Source: a virus (taxonomy: Duplodnaviria > Heunggongvirae > Uroviricota > Caudoviricetes). Taken from it: a stretch of 64,000 nt of DNA. Shown here one piece after another: positions 53,023-62,258 of the stretch. The position numbers and the translations under genes were made by a program. Under the pieces are notes generated by a model. That model saw only the letters and a program-made list of their open reading frames with translations. It was not told where the DNA came from and made no database searches. Where the stretch lies: positions 10,382-74,381 of IMG/VR virus record IMGVR_UViG_3300021255_001482. The stretch is one strand, 5' to 3'. Position 1 is the stretch's first letter. The number at the start of each line of letters is the position of its first letter.

Positions 53023-53224
53023 TTTTAAAAAATGGATCGCGGCCGCTGGTGTCCGCGCAATAAAAACAGTAGCACAAACCGCAGTAGCGACTATTAGCAC
53101 AAGTGCAATTATGTCTGAAGTAAATTGGCCAGTAGTTGCGTCAGCATCTTTATTGGCAGGTATTCTAAGTCTATTAACAAGTATTGCTGGCTTACCAGAA
53201 TTAGAAGTTGAGAAAGAGGGTTAA
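53015..53224 (+). CDS. Putative holin.
   Basis: It is 69 aa: FKKWIAAAGVRAIKTVAQTAVATI (TM1) ... VVASASLLAGILSLLTSIAGL (TM2), with a charged C-terminus. A terminator follows. Confidence 0.5.
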   Translation: MTNFKKWIAAAGVRAIKTVAQTAVATISTSAIMSEVNWPVVASASLLAGILSLLTSIAGLPELEVEKEG

Positions 53225-53250
53225 ACCTCTTTCTTGACTTTTTTTTTATT
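53205..53250 (+). terminator. Rho-independent terminator after the holin.
   Basis: GAGAAAGAGGGTTAAACCTCTTTCTTGAC followed by TTTTTTTTTATTTT. Confidence 0.55.
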
Positions 53251-53262
53251 TTATTGTATAAT
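53234..53262 (+). promoter_or_regulatory. Conserved promoter upstream of rnhA. It overlaps the T-run of the preceding terminator.
   Basis: TTGACTTTTTTTTTATTTTATTGTATAATAATATAAAG. Confidence 0.5.
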
Positions 53263-53290
53263 AATATAAAGAAGGCAAGGAGGATATTCT

Positions 53291-53791
53291 GTGGAAAAAC
53301 GGAGTAAAGAAAAGCTAATACCACTCGAAATTTATACAGATGGTTCACTTAAAAAGATGGGACAACGTTCAACTTTTGGAGGCTGGGCCTTTTATGCATT
53401 GCGCGAGGGAAATGATTTTTATCATAAATCTGGAAGTGTTGCTATGACAACAAATCAACGAATGGAATTACTTGCTATTCTTGAAGCATTAAAATATGCC
53501 CAGGGTATCCGACAAAAAGGAGAAAAAGTAATTATTTATAGTGATTCTGCTTATGCTATTAATTGTTATAAGCAAGAGTGGTACGTAAGTTGGCGAACTA
53601 ATGGTTGGCAAAACTCTAAAAAACAACCCGTCGCGAATCAAGATTTATGGCAAGAAATTATTCCATTCTTTGATAATTTTTGGTATGACTTCCGCAAGGT
53701 AGAAGGACACGCTGGAAATTATTGGAATGAACAATGCGATAAACTCGCGCAATTAGAAGCAGAAACACTAAAAATACATTGGCGAGGTTAA
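53291..53791 (+). CDS. rnhA: Ribonuclease H (RNase HI type).
   Basis: GTG start after GGCAAGGAGGATATTCT. Motifs YTDGS, TNQRMEL, IYSDSAYAI, VEGHAGNYWNEQCDKLA (DEDD). Confidence 0.65.
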   Translation: MEKRSKEKLIPLEIYTDGSLKKMGQRSTFGGWAFYALREGNDFYHKSGSVAMTTNQRMELLAILEALKYAQGIRQKGEKVIIYSDSAYAINCYKQEWYVSWRTNGWQNSKKQPVANQDLWQEIIPFFDNFWYDFRKVEGHAGNYWNEQCDKLAQLEAETLKIHWRG

Positions 53792-53792
53792 T

Positions 53793-54134
53793 ATGGATAA
53801 TAGTATTTATGAAGTCACAAGAGAAGATTATAAAGGCTTTGTAAACCAAATAAAGCCTGAATGCCGCGATGTAAGAATTGAAGAAATCGGAACAACTCAT
53901 GTCGCGGCAAAAATATATAGTAAGAAAACCGGAAAATGCCTGTGTAGCCGCGTTTCTTATTCGGTAGACTACGGAGAGCCAGAGCCAGAAAAATATTACA
54001 TCTTTGAAATGCCAGAAGATGATGAGCGACAGGCTCCCGTCCCAGTAAAAAAAATTACACTTACATCTAAGGAAGAAGTTCAAGCATTTTTTGATGCTAT
54101 AAAGAAACTTCAAGAACAACAAAACAATGATTGA
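53793..54134 (+). CDS. Hypothetical protein.
   Basis: It shows TAATATG coupling. Confidence 0.45.
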   Translation: MDNSIYEVTREDYKGFVNQIKPECRDVRIEEIGTTHVAAKIYSKKTGKCLCSRVSYSVDYGEPEPEKYYIFEMPEDDERQAPVPVKKITLTSKEEVQAFFDAIKKLQEQQNND

Positions 54135-54339
54135 ATTATTTCCTAATGTTCCAGGCTACATTAGAGATTTAGCAAAAAATTGGGTTGATTTGGCATTACA
54201 GCAATCCAATCCTTTTGAGGGCGTAAAAATGGTTTCTAATTTCGCAAACTCTTGTCAAACAGAAGAAGAAAAAGAGTTTGTAGACTTTTATTTTAGATTA
54301 AGATTGGAGCAATTGAGAAATGAAAGTAGTAATGATTAG
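54127..54339 (+). CDS. Small hypothetical protein.
   Basis: It is an overlapping coupled ORF. Confidence 0.4.
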   Translation: MIELFPNVPGYIRDLAKNWVDLALQQSNPFEGVKMVSNFANSCQTEEEKEFVDFYFRLRLEQLRNESSND

Positions 54340-54895
54340 TGGAAAAAGTATGTCAGGTAAGGATACTGTAGCAAACATTATGAAAGAAAAGTTGGAGAAC
54401 TCTGGAAAGCGTGTTCTCGTAATGCACTTTGCTGATTTAGTTAAGTATTATGCAACCCAGTATTTTAATTGGAATGGCGAAAAGGATGAGGCTGGCCGCA
54501 GTTTACTACAAGAGATTGGTACAACAGTTATGCGCGGTCGCTATCCCACTTATTGGGCTGAAATAATTGGAAAATTTATTGATGCTTATACAATTCCAGA
54601 TCATAGTTTCTTTGATTATATTTTAATTCCTGATTGGCGATTTGTAAATGAATATGAAGTAGTGTACGATTACGCGGCCATTCAGAATAATGAAACTATT
54701 ACAATTCGGGTAAATCGTTATGTAAATGATGAGTTATTTATTAATCCAAATATGACAGGAGAGCAACTAATTCACATAAGTGAATGTGAACTTGATAATT
54801 TCGCATTTAATTGGATTATAGAAAATTGCAGAGGACTTGAAGACCTTGCGGATAGTGTAGAAGAAATTATGAAAGAGGAGCATTTTTATGATTGA
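54320..54895 (+). CDS. Deoxynucleoside monophosphate kinase (T4 gp1-like).
   Basis: The N-terminal P-loop MKVVMISGKSMSGKDTVANI matches the dNMP kinase signature (MKLIFLSGVKRSGKDT). Confidence 0.55.
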   Translation: MKVVMISGKSMSGKDTVANIMKEKLENSGKRVLVMHFADLVKYYATQYFNWNGEKDEAGRSLLQEIGTTVMRGRYPTYWAEIIGKFIDAYTIPDHSFFDYILIPDWRFVNEYEVVYDYAAIQNNETITIRVNRYVNDELFINPNMTGEQLIHISECELDNFAFNWIIENCRGLEDLADSVEEIMKEEHFYD

Positions 54896-56015
54896 CTATT
54901 TCACTAGTGAACCAATGCGTTATTGGGCACCCGCAAGCTCTATGTCTCCAGCTGTTAAACGTCAACACTTGGAACAAATGATTGCTAGCGGCCAATACAT
55001 ATGGAGCCGCAAATATGACGGCAACTGGTCTCGTGCTGTTATTACACCAGAACGCAATGCTCTTCAAACTCGTGGCATTAGCAAGAAAACTGGAACTTAT
55101 GGTGAAATTCAAAATAAAGTTTTCTTTTGGGAAGACGTAGTAAAGGCGTTTACTGATACTACCGTCATACTTGGTGAAGTTTATCTTCCAGGTGGCATTG
55201 ATAAAGATGTTGGTTCCATTCTTCGCTGCCTTGATCCAAAAGCATTAGCGCGGCAAAAAGATAAAAAGCTAGAATGGCGCATTTTTGATATTCTTGCTTT
55301 TAATGGTAAAGATATGATGAATTGCTGTGTTGAAGAGCGTGTAAGACTCATTCCTGAAGTCGTTAAAATGATTAATAGCCCATTAGTAACTGGAATTGAT
55401 TATCACTATATGGATGAAGATTTTTTTGATGATTTAAATAATATTTTTATGGATGGCGGCGAAGGCGCTGTATGCTATAAGCGTTCTTCTATTTACATTC
55501 CAGGAAAGCGAGGCCCTTCTGCTTGGGAAACCTGTAAAGTAAAGCAAGAGATTTCCGCAGATGTTGATTGTTTTATTACAGGCATTGAACCGGCTGTACG
55601 AGATTACACTGGTAAAGATATTGGTTCTTGGAATCTATGGGAAGATGAACGTAGCGGTGAAAAACTGACCGGTGAACTATATGGTGAATACCGTAATGGA
55701 CGAGCCATCCGCCCAGTATCAAAAGGTTATTTCTATGGATGGCCCGGCGCAATTTATACTAGCGTATATGATGATAACGGTAATATTATTCCATTATGTA
55801 AAGTCGCTGGGCTTACAGAAGATTTCAAAACTGAACTTCGTGATAACTTTGACGAATGGTATATGTGTCCACTAACTATTGGTGGAATGATGGTTTCAAC
55901 CGCACAAGCGGAAAGTGATGGAACTGGCATCTCAATTCGCCACCCTTATATAAAGAGTATTAGAAAGAATGACATAGACCCAAAAGACTGTACTTTGTCA
56001 AAAATTCTTTCTTAA
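54888..56015 (+). CDS. ATP-dependent DNA ligase.
   Basis: Motif I RKYDGNWSR (KxDG), III ILGEVYLPG, IV EGAVCYKRSS, V WETCKVKQ. Confidence 0.65.
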   Translation: MIDYFTSEPMRYWAPASSMSPAVKRQHLEQMIASGQYIWSRKYDGNWSRAVITPERNALQTRGISKKTGTYGEIQNKVFFWEDVVKAFTDTTVILGEVYLPGGIDKDVGSILRCLDPKALARQKDKKLEWRIFDILAFNGKDMMNCCVEERVRLIPEVVKMINSPLVTGIDYHYMDEDFFDDLNNIFMDGGEGAVCYKRSSIYIPGKRGPSAWETCKVKQEISADVDCFITGIEPAVRDYTGKDIGSWNLWEDERSGEKLTGELYGEYRNGRAIRPVSKGYFYGWPGAIYTSVYDDNGNIIPLCKVAGLTEDFKTELRDNFDEWYMCPLTIGGMMVSTAQAESDGTGISIRHPYIKSIRKNDIDPKDCTLSKILS

Positions 56016-56057
56016 TATAAATAAATAAGTTGTCCCTCCGACAACGAGGAGGATTAA

Positions 56058-56654
56058 ATGAGCGACCTAGAATTTTTGGGTTTTGCTAATGAAGTTAGCA
56101 CTTTAGACCCAGTAATGTATCAATATTTTAATCAACTTTTAAAGAAAAGAACTATTATTTTAAATTCAGAAATTGATGAAAGTATTTTAGAAACAGTAGT
56201 TCTTCCATTAAAGGACTTTGAGGATGACGAAGATAAGACACCCATTACTCTTATTCTCAATACCCCTGGTGGTTCCGTAGCAGACGGGCTAATGCTTTGT
56301 AATGTAATAGATAATTACAAGCACCCATTAGAAATCATTGTTCCTTCTTATTCATGTAGTATGGGAACAATTATTCTATGCTCCGGAAATAATAACCCTA
56401 ACATTACCAAAAAGGCATACCCCTTTTCATTTGCTTTATTCCATAGCGGCCAAACTTATGTTGGCGGCGAATCAACTTCGGTAGATGATGTTATTGATTT
56501 TAATCGTGCAGTAGATAATAAAATTCGTGATTATGTAGTTAAAAACACTAATATTTCCGAAGAACTTTATGCTGCGCATCATAGAAAGCAGTGGTATCTC
56601 ACCGCAGAAGAAATGCTACAATATGGATTAATAGATGAAATTATTGGGGCGTGA
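56058..56654 (+). CDS. ClpP-family serine protease.
   Basis: It has LNTPGGSVADGLMLCNVID (ClpP GG..G..IYD motif), CSMGTIIL (catalytic Ser) and a downstream His. Confidence 0.55.
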   Translation: MSDLEFLGFANEVSTLDPVMYQYFNQLLKKRTIILNSEIDESILETVVLPLKDFEDDEDKTPITLILNTPGGSVADGLMLCNVIDNYKHPLEIIVPSYSCSMGTIILCSGNNNPNITKKAYPFSFALFHSGQTYVGGESTSVDDVIDFNRAVDNKIRDYVVKNTNISEELYAAHHRKQWYLTAEEMLQYGLIDEIIGA

Positions 56655-57903
56655 TAATGTGATTAATTTTCTTGATACGTCTGCTATACTAAATGGAGCG
56701 TTAGATTTATATGATAATGTCTATATTAGTCCACTAGCTATTGCAGAATTAGAAAATATAAAAACCTCTATTCATAAGGATGACAATCTTAAATATAAAG
56801 CGCGGCAAGCTATTCGCGCAATACTTTCTAGTGAAAAAGTAAAGGTTCTACCTGTTTCCACGAAACAGGTAGATAAAATTTTCAAAGAGTATCCATTTTT
56901 AATGGATATTAATGACCATTATTTATTATGTGAAGCGGTTATTCTTAATAGAAAGAAGGCACATGTAAATTTCATAACAAGTGATGGCGCATTATATGAA
57001 ATGGCTCGTTATTTAGATTTACAAAAAATCACATATCTAAATGAGCCAGAAAAAGAACAAATTAAAGAAGCATTTTATTGCGGTTATGGAAAATATTATC
57101 CAACAGATGATGAACTAGTAACATTATATTCTGAAGGTTTAAATCAAAATGTATTAAACGCTAAAGTAAATGAATATTGTGAGATATTTGATAAGGAAGG
57201 TAATCTAGCAGATATTTTGCGATGGGACGGTAAATCATACCAAAGATTGCGTTATACAAATATTGAGAACAAGACATTAGGTATAAAAGTATCGCCACGC
57301 AATTTAAATCAAAAGATGATGTTTGATTTACTTCAAAATCCAAATATTCCAATAAAACTTATTACTGGCGTTTATGGAAGTGGAAAAGATTATTGTGCTC
57401 TTATCCACGCACTAAACCTAATTGAAAAAGGGAAGAAAAATAAATTAGTATTTGTTCGTAATCTTATTGATTTAAAAGATACTCCACAAATTGGTTTCCT
57501 ACCAAATGACATAGAGCAAAAAATTGGATGGGGTCTTGGCCCAATAAAAGATATTCTCGGCGGCGACGAGGCGCTTGAAATCTTTACTTCCCAAGATCAG
57601 ATAGAAGCCGTAAACCTAGGATTCTGTCGCGGCCGCAGTTGGGAGAACGCAATTATCTATGTAACCGAAGGACAAAACCTTACAAGTTCTCAAATAAAAT
57701 TATTAATCTCTCGTTTGGGTGAAGGGTCTGAAATTATAATTAATGGTGACTATCACGGACAAGTAGATAAAGAAATTTTTGAAAAGGATAATGGAATTAA
57801 AGCAATGCAAAGAAAGTTAGTTGGACAGCCAATGTTTGGTTGTATTGATTTAATTAAAACAGAAAGAAGTAAGATGGCTGAATTAGCAACCTTACTAGAT
57901 TGA
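56635..57903 (+). CDS. PIN-domain + PhoH-like ATPase (PhoH2/YlaK-type).
   Basis: It has an N-terminal PIN (FLDTSAILNG...D...) and a C-terminal PhoH P-loop TGVYGSGKDY. It overlaps clpP by 20 nt. GTG 56658 is an alternative start. Confidence 0.55.
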   Translation: MKLLGRDNVINFLDTSAILNGALDLYDNVYISPLAIAELENIKTSIHKDDNLKYKARQAIRAILSSEKVKVLPVSTKQVDKIFKEYPFLMDINDHYLLCEAVILNRKKAHVNFITSDGALYEMARYLDLQKITYLNEPEKEQIKEAFYCGYGKYYPTDDELVTLYSEGLNQNVLNAKVNEYCEIFDKEGNLADILRWDGKSYQRLRYTNIENKTLGIKVSPRNLNQKMMFDLLQNPNIPIKLITGVYGSGKDYCALIHALNLIEKGKKNKLVFVRNLIDLKDTPQIGFLPNDIEQKIGWGLGPIKDILGGDEALEIFTSQDQIEAVNLGFCRGRSWENAIIYVTEGQNLTSSQIKLLISRLGEGSEIIINGDYHGQVDKEIFEKDNGIKAMQRKLVGQPMFGCIDLIKTERSKMAELATLLD

Positions 57904-57930
57904 GGGAGAGAAATCTCCCTCTTTTTATTT
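57902..57930 (+). terminator. Rho-independent terminator.
   Basis: GAGGGAGAGAAATCTCCCTC followed by TTTTTATTTTT. Confidence 0.55.
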
Positions 57931-57959
57931 TTGACTTTTTTCAGATTTTATGGTATAAT
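57931..57959 (+). promoter_or_regulatory. Conserved promoter family member.
   Basis: TTGACTTTTTTCAGATTTTATGGTATAATAAAAG. Confidence 0.5.
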
Positions 57960-57980
57960 AAAAGAAAAAAGGAGCAAAGT

Positions 57981-58283
57981 ATGAACCAATATTTTGAAGA
58001 ACAAAATCGAAAGTTTTGGATTTTATCAGGATTGAATGAAGATAATTTAGTTGAATTTTGGGCAAAACAAACCTATGACCAATATCAAGATGATGTCGCG
58101 GCAATGGCCGCTTTTGTCACGGTTTTAAACCATAAGTGTTGGTATTGGTTCGATAAAGGAAATGAAGAACTTTCTAAAATCTATTCAGACCTTTATTATA
58201 AGTATAATGATTTAGAGTGGGATTGGCTTGAAGCCCACGGGACTTCTGATGAAAAAAGTTGGTATTTTGATACTTTGGATTAA
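57981..58283 (+). CDS. Hypothetical Trp-rich protein.
   Basis: It follows the promoter at 57931-57959. There is an AAAAAAGGAGCAAAGT RBS before ATG 57981. The track ORF starts earlier. Confidence 0.45.
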   Translation: MNQYFEEQNRKFWILSGLNEDNLVEFWAKQTYDQYQDDVAAMAAFVTVLNHKCWYWFDKGNEELSKIYSDLYYKYNDLEWDWLEAHGTSDEKSWYFDTLD

Positions 58284-58372
58284 CATTTTACCAAAGAAAA
58301 AATTATAATAATTTCTCTTTGGCACTATCACCAATAAGTAGAAGGAAACTTCAATTTATATGAGGTGATTAT

Positions 58373-59101
58373 ATGAAATTAATTGATATGACTGGTTGGG
58401 TGATGAAAGAACACGGTGTTCCAGAAAGCCGAATTACAGTTCTTGAAAAAGATTTAAACAATAAAACAAAAATTACAAAATGGATTTGTAAATGTGAATG
58501 TGGCACGATTTTTAGCGCGGCAGGAACTAAAATTCGTAATGGATGGACTCGTAGTTGTGGTTGCTTACAAAAAGAAGTTACTTCTAAAAGAACACGAGCA
58601 GATTTAACTGGTCAGCAATTTGGCAATTTAACGGTTATAAAATCATTAGGCACATATGGTCATACTGTTTTATGGGAATGTAAGTGTAAATGCGGTAATA
58701 TTAAACACGCCACCAGTAATAATTTACTTAGTGGTCAAACACACTCTTGTGGGTGTCTAAAATCTTATGGAGAATTACTCGTTAAACAATATTTAACAGA
58801 ACATAATATTGAATATCAATCAGAGTATAATTTAGGTAATTTACGGAATATTCCTAAAAGTTCAGCAAGAATTGATTTCGCTATTATAAAAAATAATTTA
58901 CCAATTGGTTTTATTGAAGTAGATGGAGTTCAACACTATGATAAAAATAATCCTTGGCATAATCAAGGAGTAGAAGAAAATAGTGAATTGAAAGAAGAAT
59001 ACTCTCAAAAGTATAATATTCCAATTTTACATTTATTTTATAATAATAATCAAATTAATTTACAAGAATTAGAAAATTTTTTATCTAAATTGGAGGTTTA
59101 G
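58373..59101 (+). CDS. Homing-endonuclease-like protein: tandem Cys4 zinc ribbons + C-terminal PD-(D/E)xK/Vsr-like nuclease.
   Basis: Two C.C.CG...(13)...SCGC modules are present. The C-terminal RIDFAII...IEVDGVQH resembles Vsr/DUF559 nucleases. Confidence 0.4.
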   Translation: MKLIDMTGWVMKEHGVPESRITVLEKDLNNKTKITKWICKCECGTIFSAAGTKIRNGWTRSCGCLQKEVTSKRTRADLTGQQFGNLTVIKSLGTYGHTVLWECKCKCGNIKHATSNNLLSGQTHSCGCLKSYGELLVKQYLTEHNIEYQSEYNLGNLRNIPKSSARIDFAIIKNNLPIGFIEVDGVQHYDKNNPWHNQGVEENSELKEEYSQKYNIPILHLFYNNNQINLQELENFLSKLEV

Positions 59102-59102
59102 T

Positions 59103-59615
59103 ATGAAAATTTATTTAGCGGGTTCAATATTTTATCACGGTGATGTTTTGCGAAACACAGAGTGGGCCGCAAAAATTCGTGCGGCAATACCTAACGTAGA
59201 TTTATATAGCCCTATTGAAAATACGGAAATTAATGGTGCAGAAGGTAAAAAGAAGTTCGCAGGCTCACAAGAAATTGCTAATGGTGATAACATTAGACTA
59301 AATAACACTGATATTCTTGTTGCTTGTATTGACGGCGATATTCTTCCTGCGGGAACTTGTGCAGAAATTGGTAAGTTCCACGAAAAAATTGAGCGTGGCG
59401 ACCATAAATATATTGTAGGCATTTGCACAGATAATCGTCAAATGTATTTAACTCATAGTGAAGCTAAAAATACTGGTGGTGCAGCTGCACTTGGAGAACA
59501 GCAATATAGTTATCAAAATCTATATGTAACTGGTTTAATTAAGCAAGGCGGTATTTTAGTATCTAATATTGAAGATGCTATTGCTTTTATTAAAGAAAAG
59601 GAGAATGAATTTTAA
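59103..59615 (+). CDS. Nucleoside 2-deoxyribosyltransferase.
   Basis: It has MKIYLAGSIFY and ILVACIDGDILPAGTCAEIGKFHE motifs of the Nuc_deoxyrib_tr family. Confidence 0.55.
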   Translation: MKIYLAGSIFYHGDVLRNTEWAAKIRAAIPNVDLYSPIENTEINGAEGKKKFAGSQEIANGDNIRLNNTDILVACIDGDILPAGTCAEIGKFHEKIERGDHKYIVGICTDNRQMYLTHSEAKNTGGAAALGEQQYSYQNLYVTGLIKQGGILVSNIEDAIAFIKEKENEF

Positions 59616-60895
59616 TGAATAATATGTTATATGGTATTAACGATAAACTTCCAACAAAGCGACTAATTGTCGCCGCACTACAGCAAGTAGTTGCGTGCTT
59701 TGTTGCAACCGTTCTAATTCCACAGATTTGTGGTATTCCTATTGCACCAGCGATGGTTGGCGCTGGCTTAGGAACTCTAATTTACCAGTTATTCACTCGC
59801 GGCCAAAGTCCTATGTTTATTAGTTCTTCTGGAGCATTTGTTGCCGCGATTATTGGGGCGCTTGCGATTGGAGCCGCTCCAAACTTTACCGCAGTCGCGA
59901 TTGGCGGCCTGATTGTTGGCCTTATTTATTGTGTAATTGGTTTGGTAATAAATAAGTTTGGAACTGATTGGGTAAATAAGCTTCTACCACCAGTTGTAAT
60001 TGGGCCTATTGTTGCAGTTATTGGTCTAAATCTAGCTACGTTTCTACCAACCTATTTTCAAATTAATGGGCAATACAGTCTAATTGGACTTGGACTTGGT
60101 ATGCTAACTCTCATAATTACTGCTTTAATTTCTCATTATGGAAAAGGTTTTATTAAGAACCTACCTTTTCTATTTGCGATTTTAATTGTATATGCATTTT
60201 CCGCTCTACTAACTGTTTGCGGTATTCCAATTATTGATTTCTCTGCGTTCCAACATATGAGACTAATTCAAATTCCTGATTTTTCATTCTTCCATATGAA
60301 CTTCACGCATTTTAATTGGTCTTATCTACCACAAATACTACTACTATTTGCTCCACTGTCACTCGTATGTATTGCAGAACACATCTCTGACCATAAGGCT
60401 TTAAGTGCTGTTATTGGAACAGACCTAACACAAAATCCTGGTGTTGGTAATACTCTAATTGGTGATGGTATCGCTTCTACACTTGGTGGCTTGATTTGCG
60501 GCCTGATGAACACCTCATATGGAGAAAGTGTCGGTACAACTGGTTTTAGTAAAATTTGTTCTCGTTATGTAATTAGTCTGGCCGCGGTTATTATGGCCGT
60601 TTCTGGTTTCTTTGGCCCACTCCAAGCCTTCCTAGTATCAATTCCAGCGTGTATTTTTGGAGGATGTGCTGCAGTTCTTTACGGATACATTACCCTATCT
60701 GGTATTCGCACAATTAAGGATAGCAATATTGATTTAAATAATAATAAGAACATTACTATTCTTGCTTCTGTTCTAACTCTTGGTGTATCTGGTGTTGTAT
60801 GTAATTTTGGAGTTGTAAGTATTGGAACAACTGCTCTTGCTATGATTGTAGGTATTATTCTAAATCTTATCTTAAAGGAGGAGAAGGTAGCTTAA
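59615..60895 (+). CDS. Nucleobase:cation symporter-2 (xanthine/uracil permease family) membrane transporter.
   Basis: It has 12 or more predicted TM segments. The GVGNTLIGDGIAST..GGL and SGAFVAAIIGALAIGAAPN motifs are typical of NCS2. Confidence 0.55.
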   Translation: MNNMLYGINDKLPTKRLIVAALQQVVACFVATVLIPQICGIPIAPAMVGAGLGTLIYQLFTRGQSPMFISSSGAFVAAIIGALAIGAAPNFTAVAIGGLIVGLIYCVIGLVINKFGTDWVNKLLPPVVIGPIVAVIGLNLATFLPTYFQINGQYSLIGLGLGMLTLIITALISHYGKGFIKNLPFLFAILIVYAFSALLTVCGIPIIDFSAFQHMRLIQIPDFSFFHMNFTHFNWSYLPQILLLFAPLSLVCIAEHISDHKALSAVIGTDLTQNPGVGNTLIGDGIASTLGGLICGLMNTSYGESVGTTGFSKICSRYVISLAAVIMAVSGFFGPLQAFLVSIPACIFGGCAAVLYGYITLSGIRTIKDSNIDLNNNKNITILASVLTLGVSGVVCNFGVVSIGTTALAMIVGIILNLILKEEKVA

Positions 60896-60913
60896 ACTGC
60901 CTTCTTTAAAATT

Positions 60914-61198
60914 GTGAGCTGTATAGGATGTAAAAATTTTTATTATCGTAGTGATGGTGGCGGCTGTTGCGATATGCCTTATAAAGATGCTTGTTTGAAG
61001 AATAATTTTCAATTTTATCAATTATCATCTGATTTTTCTAACAAAGAAGAAGCAGAAAGATATTTTAGACAAAAATTTCTTTGTGGTTTACGAGCAACTA
61101 CAGGTGTTATTGAGGATTATTTAGTAGAAGATAAAAATGTTTTAGATATATTTTTAAGCGAAAATTTAGAAGGAACTCCACTGCCTCCTTTGTTTTGA
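60914..61198 (+). CDS. Cys-rich hypothetical protein (GTG start).
   Basis: It has CIGC....GGCCDMPYKDAC. Confidence 0.4.
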   Translation: MSCIGCKNFYYRSDGGGCCDMPYKDACLKNNFQFYQLSSDFSNKEEAERYFRQKFLCGLRATTGVIEDYLVEDKNVLDIFLSENLEGTPLPPLF

Positions 61199-61223
61199 CT
61201 TTTCATTTAATTTGTTCTATAAT
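61195..61223 (+). promoter_or_regulatory. Conserved promoter family member.
   Basis: TTGACTTTTCATTTAATTTGTTCTATAATAAAAATAG. Confidence 0.5.
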
Positions 61224-61253
61224 AAAAATAGAAAAAGAAAGGAAGTTTTAATT

Positions 61254-61394
61254 ATGAGTATGTATAATAATTGTCTAAAAGATAATTTATTTAATGAAAT
61301 AAAAGAAATGTTTGAAAGTGGTTATACAATAAGTGAAGTATTAGAAGTTGTCGCAGCGGCCACAGATGAATTTTTTAATAATGTGAGGCATTGA
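61254..61394 (+). CDS. Small hypothetical protein.
   Basis: It follows the promoter at 61195-61223 and an AAAGGAAG RBS. Start is ATG 61254. Confidence 0.4.
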   Translation: MSMYNNCLKDNLFNEIKEMFESGYTISEVLEVVAAATDEFFNNVRH

Positions 61395-61600
61395 ATATGA
61401 TTAAAACAATTAGATATTGTGATATTTGCGGTAAAGAACTGCGAGACGGTTTTGATAAATTTTATGACTTATCTTTGCCTCTAACAGATGGAATAAGTAT
61501 AATTGGTCTAACAAAATCAGATATATGTTCTGAATGTGCTATGAAACTTTATTGGAAAATTGATGAACTAAAACATCCAAACAGGAAGTGTCTCGATTGA
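61391..61600 (+). CDS. Zinc-ribbon protein.
   Basis: It has CDICGK...CSECA pairs and shows ATGA coupling. Confidence 0.45.
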   Translation: MNMIKTIRYCDICGKELRDGFDKFYDLSLPLTDGISIIGLTKSDICSECAMKLYWKIDELKHPNRKCLD

Positions 61601-61842
61601 AATTAAATATAAATAATTCTAAATCGGTAAAAATGTTTAATCATTGTTATCAACGCGCTTGCTTTCATCCTAAGCGGCGCGTGCGAAAAAAGAATTATAA
61701 GCGAGCAACTAATATGTTATATAATTCTATTGTTGGTGATAAAACTATTCTACCACTAAGAAGAATTATGAAACTTCTACTTGGAAAAGACAAAATGAAA
61801 TGGCTACGATGGGAAGCAGAAAATAATAAAGAAACAAATTAG
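61588..61842 (+). CDS. Basic small protein.
   Basis: It is a coupled overlapping ORF. Confidence 0.4.
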   Translation: MSRLKLNINNSKSVKMFNHCYQRACFHPKRRVRKKNYKRATNMLYNSIVGDKTILPLRRIMKLLLGKDKMKWLRWEAENNKETN

Positions 61843-61858
61843 AAATAATACCTATCTT

Positions 61859-62086
61859 ATGATAGGATTATTTCTTTATGTCGGAGGTGTGTGCGATTTG
61901 ATACAGAAGATTATAGATAAATTTAAAGAATATATGTATTCACAACAACTCTCACAAGGAGCGGCCGCAGAATTAATTCAAATTAGTAGAACACATTTAA
62001 ATAAAGTTTTAAATGGTCGTGAGGCTCCTTCTATGGCTCTTCTTATGAGAATGGAAAAGGTGATGAATGATGGAAAAGAAGATTAA
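61859..62086 (+). CDS. XRE-family helix-turn-helix transcriptional regulator.
   Basis: QQLSQGAAAELIQISRTHLNKVLNGRE matches the Cro/C1-type HTH. Confidence 0.5.
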   Translation: MIGLFLYVGGVCDLIQKIIDKFKEYMYSQQLSQGAAAELIQISRTHLNKVLNGREAPSMALLMRMEKVMNDGKED

Positions 62087-62252
62087 TTATTATCGTGTAT
62101 ATACTCGCCGTTTAGCAGCACAATTACGCGCAAAAGGGTTTGAGCTATTGGGTATAGATAAAGATTACAAACATCCGGGATATGATAATTATTTATTTGA
62201 GGATAGTCCGGAATTGCGGAAAGAAATTGAAAATCTTACACGCAATCATTAA
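62067..62252 (+). CDS. Small hypothetical protein.
   Basis: It is a coupled ORF. Confidence 0.4.
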   Translation: MMEKKINYYRVYTRRLAAQLRAKGFELLGIDKDYKHPGYDNYLFEDSPELRKEIENLTRNH

Positions 62253-62258
62253 CGGAGG

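Noticed and set aside
2239-60513. All minus-strand ORFs in the track. Examples: 2239..2430, 4898..5212, 6683..6886, 8197..8668, 10266..10544, 12890..13200, 14672..15007, 17463..18455, 19704..20279, 22155..22480, 24724..25276, 26083..26295, 27030..27224, 28024..28393, 29051..29272, 29972..30190, 31294..31663, 32039..32294, 34623..35156, 38456..38671, 39422..39655, 40478..40774, 41436..42151, 44438..44707, 45066..45296, 45759..46052, 46426..46635, 47588..47911, 53109..54122, 54867..55112, 57161..57352, 59135..59428, 60322..60513.
   Set aside because: Each lies antisense to a well-supported + strand gene or to tRNA/ncRNA sequence. They lack RBS and have low-complexity, Ile/Leu-rich translations typical of AT-rich antisense frames. 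The genome is otherwise strictly unidirectional.
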